Positions 1 to 9,750 of a stretch of DNA of 64,000 bases are shown here, in pieces. The DNA is from Bacilli bacterium (GTDB taxonomy: Bacteria > Bacillota_I > Bacilli_A > RFN20 > CAG-826). The notes under the pieces were generated by a model. It saw only the letters and a program-made list of their open reading frames with translations, was not told the origin of the DNA and made no database searches. Numbering within the stretch: the stretch's first letter is position 1; each line of letters opens with the position of its first letter. The position numbers and the translations under genes were made by a program. Location: contig JAZLFA010000067.1 of assembly GCA_045615545.1 (NCBI GenBank), positions 279-64,278 of the forward strand. The letters are read 5' to 3'.

Positions 1-40
1 GATACATTCATATGGATTAATAACTGTAGGTAAAGAACTA

Positions 41-69
41 TTGACATAATATTAATAGTTACCTACAAT
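41..69 (+). promoter_or_regulatory. Sigma70-like promoter: TTGACA (41-46), 17 bp, TACAAT (64-69). The ATG at 76 lies about 7 nt downstream, so the transcript may be leaderless
   Basis: Hexamers and 17-bp spacing read directly; no Shine-Dalgarno before ATG 76. Confidence 0.4.
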
Positions 70-75
70 ATAATC

Positions 76-420
76 ATGAAAGTGTTTGATGAATTCATGC
101 TTACTATAGATAGTGAAGTAGTCTGTAAAAAAGATTATATTTCTTTGTTAAGTAAAAAACTTAATGAATTAGGTGAAATTTATGGTTCTTTGAGCGTTAC
201 TACTAGAAACAATAACAAATATTATTATTTAAAAAGAAAAGTAAATAATAGACTTATTTCTATGTATATTGGTAAAGATTTATCTAATGAAGAAATTAAT
301 TCTTATTTAGCTATAAATCATCAAATAAAGTTATTAAAGAAGAAAAAGAAACTGGAAGAAAATAAGTTGTCAGTACTCTTAGAAATGCAAAAGAAATATA
401 GGAGGATTTTGGTAATATGA
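76..420 (+). CDS. Hypothetical 114-aa protein translationally coupled (ATGA overlap) to the downstream Fic-like gene; possible partner or antitoxin
   Basis: ORF track; stop overlaps the start of the next ORF (ATGA at 417-420); Lys-rich, no recognisable domain. Confidence 0.45.
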   Translation: MKVFDEFMLTIDSEVVCKKDYISLLSKKLNELGEIYGSLSVTTRNNNKYYYLKRKVNNRLISMYIGKDLSNEEINSYLAINHQIKLLKKKKKLEENKLSVLLEMQKKYRRILVI

Positions 421-1082
421 TAGAAGATAAAATCCCACTTACATTTGAAGAAGAAAAAACACTCATTAACCGCTATTTGGTTGATGAAATCTTTAACGCT
501 GCAAAAGTAGAAGGAATTCCTACTACATATCTAGATACTGAAAATTTAGTATATAACAACATTAATCCTTCGCTTGATGAATATAACTTAGCAAAACTTA
601 AAAATCTAAAAGATGCATATAAGTGTTTACTTGATGAAGAATTTTTATCTAAAGATGTATCATTAGAAACACTTTGCCATTTAAATTTAATCATTAACGG
701 AAGAGGAATAGTGGCACATCCAGGAGAGTTACGAATTGATAGTGTTTCAATCCACGGAACAACATATAAACCTCCTTTACCTGATCCATATCAAATAAAT
801 AACTACATAATTGATATGTTTAATTCCGACGTATCAAAAACTGAACTAGCACTTCATTTATATTGTTATATTATGAGAAGCCAACCATATATTGATGGAA
901 ATAAAAGAACAGGTAATTTATTTGCGAATTTTATATTGGCTAAATTTGGTCAAGGTTTGGTTAGCATCCCCTCTAACAAAAGAAAAACATTCTTTTCTTT
1001 GCTTGTGAAATATTATGAAAGTAATGATGATAGCAAATTAATTAGGTTTTTTGTTGATCATTGCCTATTCTACGCTAAATAG
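417..1082 (+). CDS. Fic/Doc (Fido) family protein with a degenerate active-site motif (QPYIDGNKRTGN instead of HPFxDGNGRxxR)
   Basis: Motif ...SQPYIDGNKRTGNLFANFIL... matches the Fic/Doc core xPFx(D)GNKR with His replaced by Gln and Phe by Tyr. Confidence 0.6.
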   Translation: MIEDKIPLTFEEEKTLINRYLVDEIFNAAKVEGIPTTYLDTENLVYNNINPSLDEYNLAKLKNLKDAYKCLLDEEFLSKDVSLETLCHLNLIINGRGIVAHPGELRIDSVSIHGTTYKPPLPDPYQINNYIIDMFNSDVSKTELALHLYCYIMRSQPYIDGNKRTGNLFANFILAKFGQGLVSIPSNKRKTFFSLLVKYYESNDDSKLIRFFVDHCLFYAK

Positions 1083-1091
1083 TATTTCTAT

Positions 1092-1985
1092 TTAATCATC
1101 ACTTCGATAATCTTGAAGGAATCTAAAAGATAGTTGCATAGCTTTTTTCGCAATCGGAGGAAGCTTTTTTGTTTTATGTGATAAAACATGTAATGGTCTA
1201 ATTATTTCAATATCTGTTTCGATTTTTCTTATCGTACCTTTTTCTATATATGGTTCTCCTACTCCCATAGGAACAAATGCTACTCCTTCATTAGCCTCAA
1301 CCATCTTCATAATTGCGTTATTACTAATAGATTCCATCTTAGGAATATATTTAATTCCTTTTAACGCTAAATAGTAGTCAGCGAGTTTACGGGGATTAGA
1401 GTTATCTTCTCTTACAAGTAAATCGTAATGAGATAAATCTGCTAATTTAATTTTATCTGGTATAGGATATTCTTTTCCTGCTATTACCCACATATAATCA
1501 TGACCAAAGACTTGACTCTTTAATGAGGTATTATGTTTATCAGGTATACCTTCACTTAATACAAAGTCTAGTTCACCTCTAGTTAACATATCTTCTAGTT
1601 CACTTATCTTATCAATAGTGACTGTGTAATTAATATTAGGGATATTCTTTCTAAGTTCTTTTAAAAGTAGAGGAAGCGCTCGTATACCAAAAGTAACAGA
1701 GGCTCCTATTTTAACTATCGGAGTTTCTATTTCGTTTCTCGCAGTATCTTCAAAGCCTTTAAATGATTCTACCGCTTCTTTTGCTTTTACTAATAATAAT
1801 GTTCCTTCATTAGTAAGAGTGAGTCTTTTATTCGCTCTTATAAATAGGGTGATACGATAATATTCTTCTAGTTCTTTTATCGTTTGAGAGACACTAGGTT
1901 GAGCAACACAAAGCTCTTCTGCTGCTTTAGTAATGCTTCCTAACTCTGCAACCTTAATAAATGTGGTTAAATGTCTTATTGTCAT
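1092..1985 (-). CDS. LysR-family transcriptional regulator
   Basis: N-terminal HTH (TIRHLTTFIKVAELGSITKAAEEL...PSVSQTIKELE) followed by a substrate-binding domain; divergent from the dehydrogenase gene. Confidence 0.8.
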   Translation of the reverse strand: MTIRHLTTFIKVAELGSITKAAEELCVAQPSVSQTIKELEEYYRITLFIRANKRLTLTNEGTLLLVKAKEAVESFKGFEDTARNEIETPIVKIGASVTFGIRALPLLLKELRKNIPNINYTVTIDKISELEDMLTRGELDFVLSEGIPDKHNTSLKSQVFGHDYMWVIAGKEYPIPDKIKLADLSHYDLLVREDNSNPRKLADYYLALKGIKYIPKMESISNNAIMKMVEANEGVAFVPMGVGEPYIEKGTIRKIETDIEIIRPLHVLSHKTKKLPPIAKKAMQLSFRFLQDYRSDD

Positions 1986-2078
1986 ATATAGGTATTTCCT
2001 TATACATATATTATTTATTGTTATTTTACTTATGTCAAAGAATTACTTTACTATATGGGTGTAGAAAGGAAAAGCTAC

Positions 2079-3074
2079 ATGAACAAAAAGAAAAATAAAA
2101 GAATATTATTCTATGATGCGAAAAGTTACACAATCGATAGTTTTAATGAATTAGATCATAAAGGGATCGAGTTTACATATATTGAAACTAAACTTAATGA
2201 AAATAGTGTTAAGTTTGCAAAAGGATATGACGCGATATGTGTCTTTGTTAACGATACAGTAAATAATAAAGTAATTAATAAACTTAAAAGTTATGGGGTT
2301 AAGTTAATATTACTAAGATGTGCTGGATATAATAATGTTGATTTAGTTAGCGCGAATAAAAACGACATCGCTATTTTTAGAGTACCGGCATATTCTCCTT
2401 ATGCGGTTGCGGAACATGCATTCGCCTTACTTAACACCATTAATCGTCGTACACATAAAGCATATATAAGAACTAGAGAGTATAATTTCTCTTTAGAAAA
2501 TCTAACTGGTATGGATCTATATAACAAAACCATTGGAATAGTGGGTACTGGTAAGATTGGTAAAGTAATGATTGATATCGCGAAAGGATATGGGATGAAT
2601 ATATTAGCGTATGATCCATTTCCTGATAAGAATTTAGATGTTAACTACGTTAATTTAGAAACATTATTTAAAAGTAGTGATATTATTTCTCTTCATTGTC
2701 CTTTGTTAAAGGAAAATAAACATATGATTAATGCTGAATCCATTAAGAAAATGAAAAAGGGAGTAATTATTATTAATACTTCTAGAGGCGCATTAATTAA
2801 CGCGAAAGATCTTTATGAAGGATTATTCCTTCGTCATGTTGGAGCGGCGTGTTTAGATGTATATGAAGAAGAAGCAGATGTATTTTATGAGAATAGAAGT
2901 AATCACATATTAGATGATGTAACTTTATCAATGTTAATTTCATTACCAAATGTAATAGTGACTTCTCATCAAGCCTTCTTAACTAAGGAAGCTTTGTCCG
3001 CTATTGCAATGACTACATTAGAAAATGCGATTAGCTTCTTTAAAGGAAAAGAAAATGAAACTAATAGATTATAG
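2079..3074 (+). CDS. ldhA: D-isomer-specific 2-hydroxyacid dehydrogenase (D-lactate dehydrogenase-like)
   Basis: NAD-binding GTGKIGK motif and fold-typical catalytic region; start taken at ATG 2079 after an AAAGGAAAAG RBS (ORF track started at 2055). Confidence 0.75.
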   Translation: MNKKKNKRILFYDAKSYTIDSFNELDHKGIEFTYIETKLNENSVKFAKGYDAICVFVNDTVNNKVINKLKSYGVKLILLRCAGYNNVDLVSANKNDIAIFRVPAYSPYAVAEHAFALLNTINRRTHKAYIRTREYNFSLENLTGMDLYNKTIGIVGTGKIGKVMIDIAKGYGMNILAYDPFPDKNLDVNYVNLETLFKSSDIISLHCPLLKENKHMINAESIKKMKKGVIIINTSRGALINAKDLYEGLFLRHVGAACLDVYEEEADVFYENRSNHILDDVTLSMLISLPNVIVTSHQAFLTKEALSAIAMTTLENAISFFKGKENETNRL

Positions 3075-3091
3075 AAAGGAAAGTATTATTT

Positions 3092-3571
3092 ATGAATAAA
3101 ACAATTTATGACTTCGTAATTAATGATTATTTAGGTAATCCGGTTAATTTTAACAAATTTAAAGGAAAGGTATTACTTATTGTAAATACCGCGACTAAGT
3201 GTGGATTTACCAATCAATATAATGATTTAGATGCACTATATGAAAAATATAAAAGTAAAGGATTAGAGATTTTGGATTTTCCATGTAACCAATTCTTATT
3301 TCAAGCACCAGGAACTTCTAAGGAATATCATGATGCTTGTAGGCTTAAGTTTATGGTGGATTTCTATCAATTTAATAAGATAGATGTTAATGGTAAAAAT
3401 GAACATCCTTTATATCGTTATTTAAAAGATCATAGTGACTCTAAAAGAATTAGATGGAATTTTACCAAGTTCCTCGTTGATCGAAAGGGTAATGTTAGAT
3501 ACCGCTTTGAACCAGAAAATAAACCATTATCTTTCGAAAGTACAATAGTGAAGTTACTTCAAGAAGAGTAA
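3092..3571 (+). CDS. gpx: Glutathione peroxidase
   Basis: Active-site Cys (KCGFT) and the NQF and WNFTKFL motifs. Confidence 0.85.
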   Translation: MNKTIYDFVINDYLGNPVNFNKFKGKVLLIVNTATKCGFTNQYNDLDALYEKYKSKGLEILDFPCNQFLFQAPGTSKEYHDACRLKFMVDFYQFNKIDVNGKNEHPLYRYLKDHSDSKRIRWNFTKFLVDRKGNVRYRFEPENKPLSFESTIVKLLQEE

Positions 3572-3599
3572 TATAACTAAGGCTCCTAACTTCACATTA

Positions 3600-3628
3600 G
3601 AGACTTCTAGTACTGGGAGTCTCTTTTC
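3600..3628 (+). terminator. Rho-independent terminator (GAGACT...AGTCTC hairpin followed by TTTT)
   Basis: Perfect 6-bp GC-containing stem and T-run immediately after gpx. Confidence 0.6.
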
Positions 3629-3687
3629 AATGAGAAAAAGCTATTTTTTTGATCAATAAAATATTATTAAATAAGTATAGTAAAAAT

Positions 3688-3744
3688 TTGATAAAATAAT
3701 ATCAAAAACATTGAAAATATAAGATAAAATGATATAATATTATC
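3688..3744 (+). promoter_or_regulatory. hipBA promoter (TTGAAA 3711-3716, extended -10 TGaTATAAT 3730-3738) with two palindromic candidate operators (TTGATAAAATAATATCAA 3688-3705; GATATAATATTATC 3731-3744)
   Basis: Hexamers and inverted repeats read directly; the operator role is inferred from HipB/XRE autoregulation. Confidence 0.45.
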
Positions 3745-3746
3745 AA

Positions 3747-4025
3747 ATGAACGATAAATTAGAATGGAAAACTAATAAAGAAAGGCAATTAGAGATTGCA
3801 AATCGCTTGAAGCGTCAACGTAAAGCGCTTAAACTATCACGAGAAAAATTATCCCTTTTATCAAATGTTCCTTCTCCGACAATTAGAAGATTTGAAGATA
3901 GTGGTGATATTTCCTTAGGGAGTCTTGTGGCTATTTTAGTTGCCCTAAATCATGAAGAGGACCTTTCTTTTATTGTGAGAGACATAAATTATTTAGATAT
4001 TAAGGATGCTTTCAAAAATGATTAA
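3747..4025 (+). CDS. hipB: HipB-like XRE-family HTH antitoxin
   Basis: 92 aa, HTH (LKLSREKLSLLSNVPSPTIRRFE); overlaps the downstream hipA-like gene by 20 nt. Confidence 0.7.
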   Translation: MNDKLEWKTNKERQLEIANRLKRQRKALKLSREKLSLLSNVPSPTIRRFEDSGDISLGSLVAILVALNHEEDLSFIVRDINYLDIKDAFKND

Positions 4026-5127
4026 GTATTTAGATGTATTTTTTAATAATTATTTAGTGGGCACGTTGGGCTTATTTAATAATAGAATTATTTTCTCTTA
4101 TAGCGATTCTTGGATTAAGGATGGTTTTTCTATTTCTCCTTTTTATCTTCCGTTAAAAAAAGAAACATTTACATGTAATCATAATAAGTTTAGTGGCTTA
4201 TTTGGTGTATTTAATGATTCGTATGTTGATAGTTGGGGTGAGTTACTTATAAACCGTTATCTATCTTCTAAGGGGATTAAATATAATGAATTATCCATCT
4301 TAGATAAACTCTCCATTATTGGTAATGTTACTATGGGCGGCTTGACTTACAAGCCTTCTAGCGATATAAAAATGTATCCAAATAATATTTCTTATGATGA
4401 ACTATATGAGGATATTTGCAATATTATTGAAAGCAAAAAGGCCAACAATATTGATGATTTATTTTCTCTTGGTGGTAGCTCTGGGGGTACAAGGCCAAAG
4501 ATTTTAACTAGGATTAATAATAGGGATGTAATTGTTAAGTTTAGAGCTAAAATAGATCCGCTTGATATAGCTAAAAAAGAATATCTCTATTTTAAATACG
4601 CACAAAAATTAGGTATTAATGTTCCTAATTTCGACTTAATTCATGGAAAGAAAAGTGACTATTTTGTCATAGAAAGATTTGATAAACAAGATGATATTAG
4701 AAAGTTTGTTATTTCCGCTTCTGGTCTTCTTGAGTGTGATTATAATATCCCTAGTTTAGATTATTTAGATTTATTTAAATTAACTAGTATATTGTCTATT
4801 GATGATAAAAAAGAAATATTAGAGTTATTTCGACGTATGGTGTTTAATGTCGTTTTTGAAAATATGGATGATCATGCGAAAAATTTCTCTTATATCTATA
4901 ACCCAAACAATAAACATTATGAACTTTCTCCCGCTTATGATTTGACCCCTTCAACAACTTATTTTGGCGAACACACAACTAGCGTTAATCATAAAGGTAA
5001 AGATATTCTTGATAGTGATTTACTTGCTGTTGCTACTACATATGGAATAACAAAACAAGTAGCAACTGATATAATTATTCTGGCTAGGAAATTAAAAGAA
5101 CAATATGATAGAGAAATAGATCTATAA
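4006..5127 (+). CDS. hipA: HipA-family serine/threonine kinase toxin
   Basis: HipA N-terminal domain signature, SLGGSSGGTRPKIL loop and catalytic motif ENMDDHAKNFS (D-x-H-x-KN). Confidence 0.75.
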   Translation: MLSKMIKYLDVFFNNYLVGTLGLFNNRIIFSYSDSWIKDGFSISPFYLPLKKETFTCNHNKFSGLFGVFNDSYVDSWGELLINRYLSSKGIKYNELSILDKLSIIGNVTMGGLTYKPSSDIKMYPNNISYDELYEDICNIIESKKANNIDDLFSLGGSSGGTRPKILTRINNRDVIVKFRAKIDPLDIAKKEYLYFKYAQKLGINVPNFDLIHGKKSDYFVIERFDKQDDIRKFVISASGLLECDYNIPSLDYLDLFKLTSILSIDDKKEILELFRRMVFNVVFENMDDHAKNFSYIYNPNNKHYELSPAYDLTPSTTYFGEHTTSVNHKGKDILDSDLLAVATTYGITKQVATDIIILARKLKEQYDREIDL

Positions 5128-5295
5128 ATTTCCTCTATAGTTATAATGTAAAGAATTTTTGTAATTGGTGGTTTTATATTTCTATCTATTGGAGTTGAAG
5201 CAGTTTGTAATATTGCTAATTTGGAAGTTAAAGATGGCGCGAGTATTAATTATGATCCTTTTAATCAACTTTTATAATAATAAGGGATAAATAGT

Positions 5296-6432
5296 ATGGC
5301 AAAAAAGAAAACTAAACAATATAACAAAACAAAAAAGCAAGTTAAGAAATTAGCAAAAAGTAATCCTAAAATTTTTGCTATATTTATTTGTCTACTTTTG
5401 GTAGTAGGAACAGTAGGAGGAGTTATCTATTTTCTAAATAACAATAAAGGAAATGATAAATCTTCTAGTAGTATTATCCCTGTTTCTACTGGTATATCAT
5501 TCCATTTTATGGAACTTGGTAATAAATATACTGGTGACTCGATATATATTAAAGCAGGAGAAACTGATATTTTAATTGATGCTGGTAGTAGACAATCTAG
5601 TGCCTCCGCGATTAAAAGCTATGTTAATCAATATTGCTTAGATAATAAGCTTGAATATGTTATCGCTACTCACGCGGATCAAGATCATATTTCTGGCTTT
5701 GTAGGCACTAAAAGTGAGCCAGGTATTTTTGATAGCTATAAGATAGATACATTGATTGATTTTTCTAAATCTAATAAGGATACATCTATTTATAATAGCT
5801 ATATATCATTAAGAGACTCTAAAGTCAGTAGTGGAGATATAACTAATCACTATACTGCTCAAGACTGTATAAGTGGTAATAAATCCGCGAAAAAGATCTA
5901 TACCTTAGCGGAAGGTATCACTATGGAAGTGCTTGATCAAAAATTCTATCGTGAATCAACTGGTGATGAGAATGATTATTCTGTATGTCTACTATTCACC
6001 CAAGGAAGTTCCCATTATCTATTTACTGGTGATTTAGAAAAGAAAGGTGAAGAGTCATTAATAAGCTTAAATAACTTACCAACTGTTGAATTATTTAAAG
6101 CGGGACATCATGGTAGTTATACCGCTAGTAACGATAACTTATTAAGCGTAATTAAACCTAAAGTCGTAGTGGTTACCTGTGTAGCGGGATCAACTGAATA
6201 TACTAGTGTTAAAGAAAATACATTCCCATCTCAAGCTATGATTGATAGGGTAAGTAAATATACTAGAGAGATATATGTCACCACAATGAGCAATAATACC
6301 GATAAAGGATATGAATCATTTAATGGTAATATCGTATACAGCAGTAGTGATGGTGTTACTCACATAGTTAATTGTTCAAACAATAACACCTTCTTAAAAG
6401 ATAGTGATTGGTTTAAGGCTAATCGCCATTAA
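5296..6432 (+). CDS. Membrane-anchored MBL-fold metallo-hydrolase (ComEC C-terminal-domain-like), predicted extracytoplasmic
   Basis: Basic N-terminus followed by one TM helix; HxHxDH motif (ATHADQDHISG); additional His/Asp ligands downstream. Confidence 0.65.
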   Translation: MAKKKTKQYNKTKKQVKKLAKSNPKIFAIFICLLLVVGTVGGVIYFLNNNKGNDKSSSSIIPVSTGISFHFMELGNKYTGDSIYIKAGETDILIDAGSRQSSASAIKSYVNQYCLDNKLEYVIATHADQDHISGFVGTKSEPGIFDSYKIDTLIDFSKSNKDTSIYNSYISLRDSKVSSGDITNHYTAQDCISGNKSAKKIYTLAEGITMEVLDQKFYRESTGDENDYSVCLLFTQGSSHYLFTGDLEKKGEESLISLNNLPTVELFKAGHHGSYTASNDNLLSVIKPKVVVVTCVAGSTEYTSVKENTFPSQAMIDRVSKYTREIYVTTMSNNTDKGYESFNGNIVYSSSDGVTHIVNCSNNNTFLKDSDWFKANRH

Positions 6433-6444
6433 TAGATTTAATTG

Positions 6445-6480
6445 AAAAAATGCAAGATATGGTTAATCCTGCATTTTTTT
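6445..6480. terminator. Bidirectional A/T-rich hairpin terminator between the convergent MBL gene and surface-protein gene A
   Basis: AAAAAATGCA...TGCATTTTTT inverted repeat with T/A runs on both sides. Confidence 0.45.
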
Positions 6481-6502
6481 ATTTGTGATAGTGGACTAAA
6501 TA

Positions 6503-8953
6503 TTAATCTTTAGTATGTTTCTTTTTCTTTAATAACAAAGTTAATGCTGCAGCCGATAGCGTTAATAAGCTTGCTGATGCAATAACAACAATTAATACAG
6601 TTTGATCTTCTGATTCAGATATTTTCCAACCTTTGTTAATGTTTTGTTGCAGTTTTACAGGATTTCTCCCGGCAAAATCTGTTAAAGAATATGCAGTTGC
6701 ATTCATCATGTATACATAGTCATATTTTGCTGCAAATTCGCCATACGTAGCATCAACAGCAGTTGCATTTGTTAATATTCCTTGAGCTTCGTTTGATAGC
6801 AAATCCCAGTGGAAATTAACGGTTTTACCTGCTGGTACTTCAGCTTCGCTATCGCCTAATGATTCCCAAATACCACTTAAAACATGAGAATCGCCATCAA
6901 CCTTACGTTGGCATTCACACGCAATCAATTTGTTAAATTCATTAGCGAAATTATTAGCTTCATCTTCATATCCTAAGAATATTGATACCTCGTTCCAATA
7001 TTGCCCATCATTTGAACATAGATAGAAAGTATATGTTACAGTACCTGTTTCGTTACATATTAAACCTTCTGTTTCATTATAGATCCAATTTGTTCTTGCT
7101 GAACCTACCCTTAATCTTGGAGCGTACTTACTTATTTCTGAAGAATTTTGAAAATATATTTTGAGCTTATCGCCTTTTGACATTTGGAATGTTGCTTTAT
7201 ATTCTTTGTGCTCAGATAAACCATCCCATTCAGTTCCTTTATGAAGGTCTGATTTTGCGTCTTGTCCATTAACCATGAAATAGAAACCATTGCTTGGCAT
7301 AGAAGGAACCGCTAGATGGTATTCATGTTTAGTGCTAGAAGATTCAAAATAAATATCAAATGTTTGAGAAGAAACGCCAGCTTTTGAATCGATATTAATT
7401 TGGCAATTTAGACCACTCAAAATTGTTCCCTTAAAATATGGGTGAGACCATGAAACATTAACTGTTTCTTCGCCACCTGATTCTCCATACCATTTCACAT
7501 TTCCTGAACTGTCAACGAAATAAATCTTACACTCTGCATTATTTTCAAAAGTTAAACCTTTTACAACATATTCATTTCCGTCTAGTTTATCTGGATTTTT
7601 TATTAGATTGTATTTTCCATCTCTAGTCCATCCCGCTTCTCCATAAGTTCCTGTAAAATCCCCAGCTAGATAAGTTCCACTATTTATTTGCCAATGAGCA
7701 TATAAAGTTGTGGGTTCGGTAAAATCACTGTTTTTTGCACTAGTTCCATCTGCGTTATAATACTGGGTTCCTCCAGAAGATGCTGTAAAGTAACCTAAAA
7801 ATACGCAGTTTGTTTTGATAGGAAGTTCACCGCTTTGCAATACTGGCATCGGTTGATCATATCTTGCAGTAATGTTTACTTTTTCGGATGTTCCGCCTGC
7901 AAAATTAAATGTTATTGTTACATCTTGACTGACTTCTTCCCAATAAGGATATAAGGTCTTATTGTTGTTTTCAGAAAATGCCCCTTTTAAAGCATAATCA
8001 CATGTTGTTCCGCTAGAATTTGTTGACCATCCTGATTGAATATATCCCAATCTTGTAAAAATTTTATCTTTTAACGTAATGTCAAAACCCTGGTCTTTAG
8101 TATCGCTAGCATCTGAACCAGTGCCATGTGTGCCCTTTTTATATGAAATTGTATATTGAGACAATGAGAACCTATATGACATGTTGTTAGTATCAGTTAT
8201 GTAATATGCTTTTAGAATATAGGTGTTTGGTTTTTGTACATAGGCCTTCCAATCGCCACCTTTATTAAAGTCAGCATTCTCGCTTGCCCCATGCCCAGTA
8301 TCATTGTTAACATCGTTTGCATAATGGTCTGTGCGCACGCCGTTTGAATATGCTGTAACTAAAATACCACTCCAGCTACTAGTTGTTGTAATAGTAGCTT
8401 GTTGACCATTATCAATTGATGTCATTTTTACCATATCAGGATTAGATCCTGTTACGTACCAGCCATCATCATAATATTTTGACCATGTTCCATCGCATTT
8501 TCCTCCGCCGCCTGACCATGTTGCAGTAGAAGTTGTTATTGTAAAAAAATCATTTCCAGCATTACCGTCTTTAGGTATTGTTAAGTCTTTGGTTTGTGCT
8601 CCCCAATCGCTAACCGCACCTGTGCCGCCATTAACTCTAACAAAAATTACATTTGAATAATCCTTTGGTAAATCATACTTCCAAACATTCCCGGAGACAA
8701 AAGTCATTCTAACACCAGGCCAACTAGCATTTTTATCGTCACCAGTATAACAATATGCCGCTATTGCTGCACTGTTTTCTGTCCACCAACTATATTCCAT
8801 TTTGCAATAAATTGTTGCAGGACATTCATTCACAGCTTCTGCTTTTTCCACAGCTTTATTTCCAAATGAAATTCCAGTAAGAACACCAATAGATGTTAGT
8901 AAGGAAATTCCTAGCAAAGATAATAACTTAAAATGTGATCTTTTTTTGAACAT
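6503..8953 (-). CDS. Large surface protein A (816 aa): N-terminal signal/TM, CBM25/26-like module (WPGVRMT), Flg_new (Listeria-Bacteroides) repeats, conserved C-terminal module plus TM anchor plus KKKK tail
   Basis: Signal-like N-terminus; W..WPG..M motif; repeats ending ...TLYPYW / ...TLYAHW; C-terminal SESEDQTVLIVVIASASLLTLSAAALTLLLKKKK; paralog of the 9862..12948 protein. Confidence 0.7.
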   Translation of the reverse strand: MFKKRSHFKLLSLLGISLLTSIGVLTGISFGNKAVEKAEAVNECPATIYCKMEYSWWTENSAAIAAYCYTGDDKNASWPGVRMTFVSGNVWKYDLPKDYSNVIFVRVNGGTGAVSDWGAQTKDLTIPKDGNAGNDFFTITTSTATWSGGGGKCDGTWSKYYDDGWYVTGSNPDMVKMTSIDNGQQATITTTSSWSGILVTAYSNGVRTDHYANDVNNDTGHGASENADFNKGGDWKAYVQKPNTYILKAYYITDTNNMSYRFSLSQYTISYKKGTHGTGSDASDTKDQGFDITLKDKIFTRLGYIQSGWSTNSSGTTCDYALKGAFSENNNKTLYPYWEEVSQDVTITFNFAGGTSEKVNITARYDQPMPVLQSGELPIKTNCVFLGYFTASSGGTQYYNADGTSAKNSDFTEPTTLYAHWQINSGTYLAGDFTGTYGEAGWTRDGKYNLIKNPDKLDGNEYVVKGLTFENNAECKIYFVDSSGNVKWYGESGGEETVNVSWSHPYFKGTILSGLNCQINIDSKAGVSSQTFDIYFESSSTKHEYHLAVPSMPSNGFYFMVNGQDAKSDLHKGTEWDGLSEHKEYKATFQMSKGDKLKIYFQNSSEISKYAPRLRVGSARTNWIYNETEGLICNETGTVTYTFYLCSNDGQYWNEVSIFLGYEDEANNFANEFNKLIACECQRKVDGDSHVLSGIWESLGDSEAEVPAGKTVNFHWDLLSNEAQGILTNATAVDATYGEFAAKYDYVYMMNATAYSLTDFAGRNPVKLQQNINKGWKISESEDQTVLIVVIASASLLTLSAAALTLLLKKKKHTKD

Positions 8954-8987
8954 AAAATAAATCCACCTTTTTCTATAAAATTATCGC

Positions 8988-9003
8988 CACATTATTAATG
9001 GCC
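8988..9003. repeat. IR-L, CACATTATTAATGGCC: inverted-repeat partner of 9815..9830 (14 of 16 matching)
   Basis: Reverse complement GGCCATTAATAATGTG versus GGCCATTAAAATTGTG at 9815-9830; GGCC is rare in this AT-rich sequence. Confidence 0.6.
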
Positions 9004-9021
9004 GAAAAATATGTCATTATT

Positions 9022-9050
9022 TATATATAATATATAAAGCGTACTGTCAA
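9022..9050 (-). promoter_or_regulatory. Strong sigma70-like promoter on the minus strand (TTGACA, 17 bp, TATATA) facing surface-protein gene A; lies inside the IR-bounded segment
   Basis: Reverse complement of 9045-9050 is TTGACA; 17-nt spacer; TATATA at 9022-9027. Confidence 0.5.
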
Positions 9051-9135
9051 GTGTGTATAATGTGCGTATACACATATATACTATGTATATAAAATTGATC
9101 AAAAAAAATATTCATTTTTGTAAATTCGCACAATT

Positions 9136-9750
9136 TCACGTATTGGTGGCATTTTGACTTTGTTCTTTTCTTAAGTAACGATATAAGGTGTTTGGATGCA
9201 CTCCAATTCTTCGTGCAATTTTACGAACACTCACTCCTTTTGAAAGAAGATAATGTATGCGTTTATCATGCCGTTCACAAAGCAAAGAAACGTTCTTACT
9301 CCCTTTAGGTCTACCGAGAGTTACTCCACTTTTACGTAAGCGAGATAATGCCTCTTTTGTACGCTGAGAAATAAGCTGTCTTTCAATCTCTGCACTTAAT
9401 GAAAATGCAAATGCAATAACTTTAGATTCTATATTATCTCCAAGAATAAAGTTATCTTTTATAGTGATCACTTTTACACCTTTATTCATGCAGATATTTA
9501 ATATCTCCATAATCATATAAAAACTTCGACCTAATCTAGATAGTTCACTCGCTATTAAAATATCATTTTCTTTTAGGTTTTTAAGCAATATTCCAAGCCT
9601 TCTTTTTTGATATTTTTTCTTACCACTTATAGTCTCCTCAATGTATCTTGAGATTATTAGATTGTGTACTTCACAATATCTATTAATTTCATACTTTTGA
9701 TTTTCTACTGATTGAGTGTCTGTACTCACCCTTATGTATACGTATACCAT
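9136..9750 (-). CDS. Serine site-specific recombinase, Hin/Gin invertase or resolvase family
   Basis: N-terminal MVYVYIRVSTDTQ catalytic Ser motif, SRLGRS and GRPKG motifs, C-terminal HTH (VRKIARRIGVHPNTLYRYL); 204 aa. Confidence 0.85.
   Translation of the reverse strand: MVYVYIRVSTDTQSVENQKYEINRYCEVHNLIISRYIEETISGKKKYQKRRLGILLKNLKENDILIASELSRLGRSFYMIMEILNICMNKGVKVITIKDNFILGDNIESKVIAFAFSLSAEIERQLISQRTKEALSRLRKSGVTLGRPKGSKNVSLLCERHDKRIHYLLSKGVSVRKIARRIGVHPNTLYRYLRKEQSQNATNT

Noticed and set aside
473-694. 73-aa minus-strand ORF inside the Fic-like gene
   Set aside because: Antisense to a well-supported CDS, low-complexity product, no RBS; typical spurious ORF in AT-rich DNA.
6982-7164. Small ORFs antisense or in alternative frames within the large surface-protein genes (also 9902..10171 and 11655..11837)
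   Set aside because: Embedded in long, paralog-supported CDSs; no independent signals.
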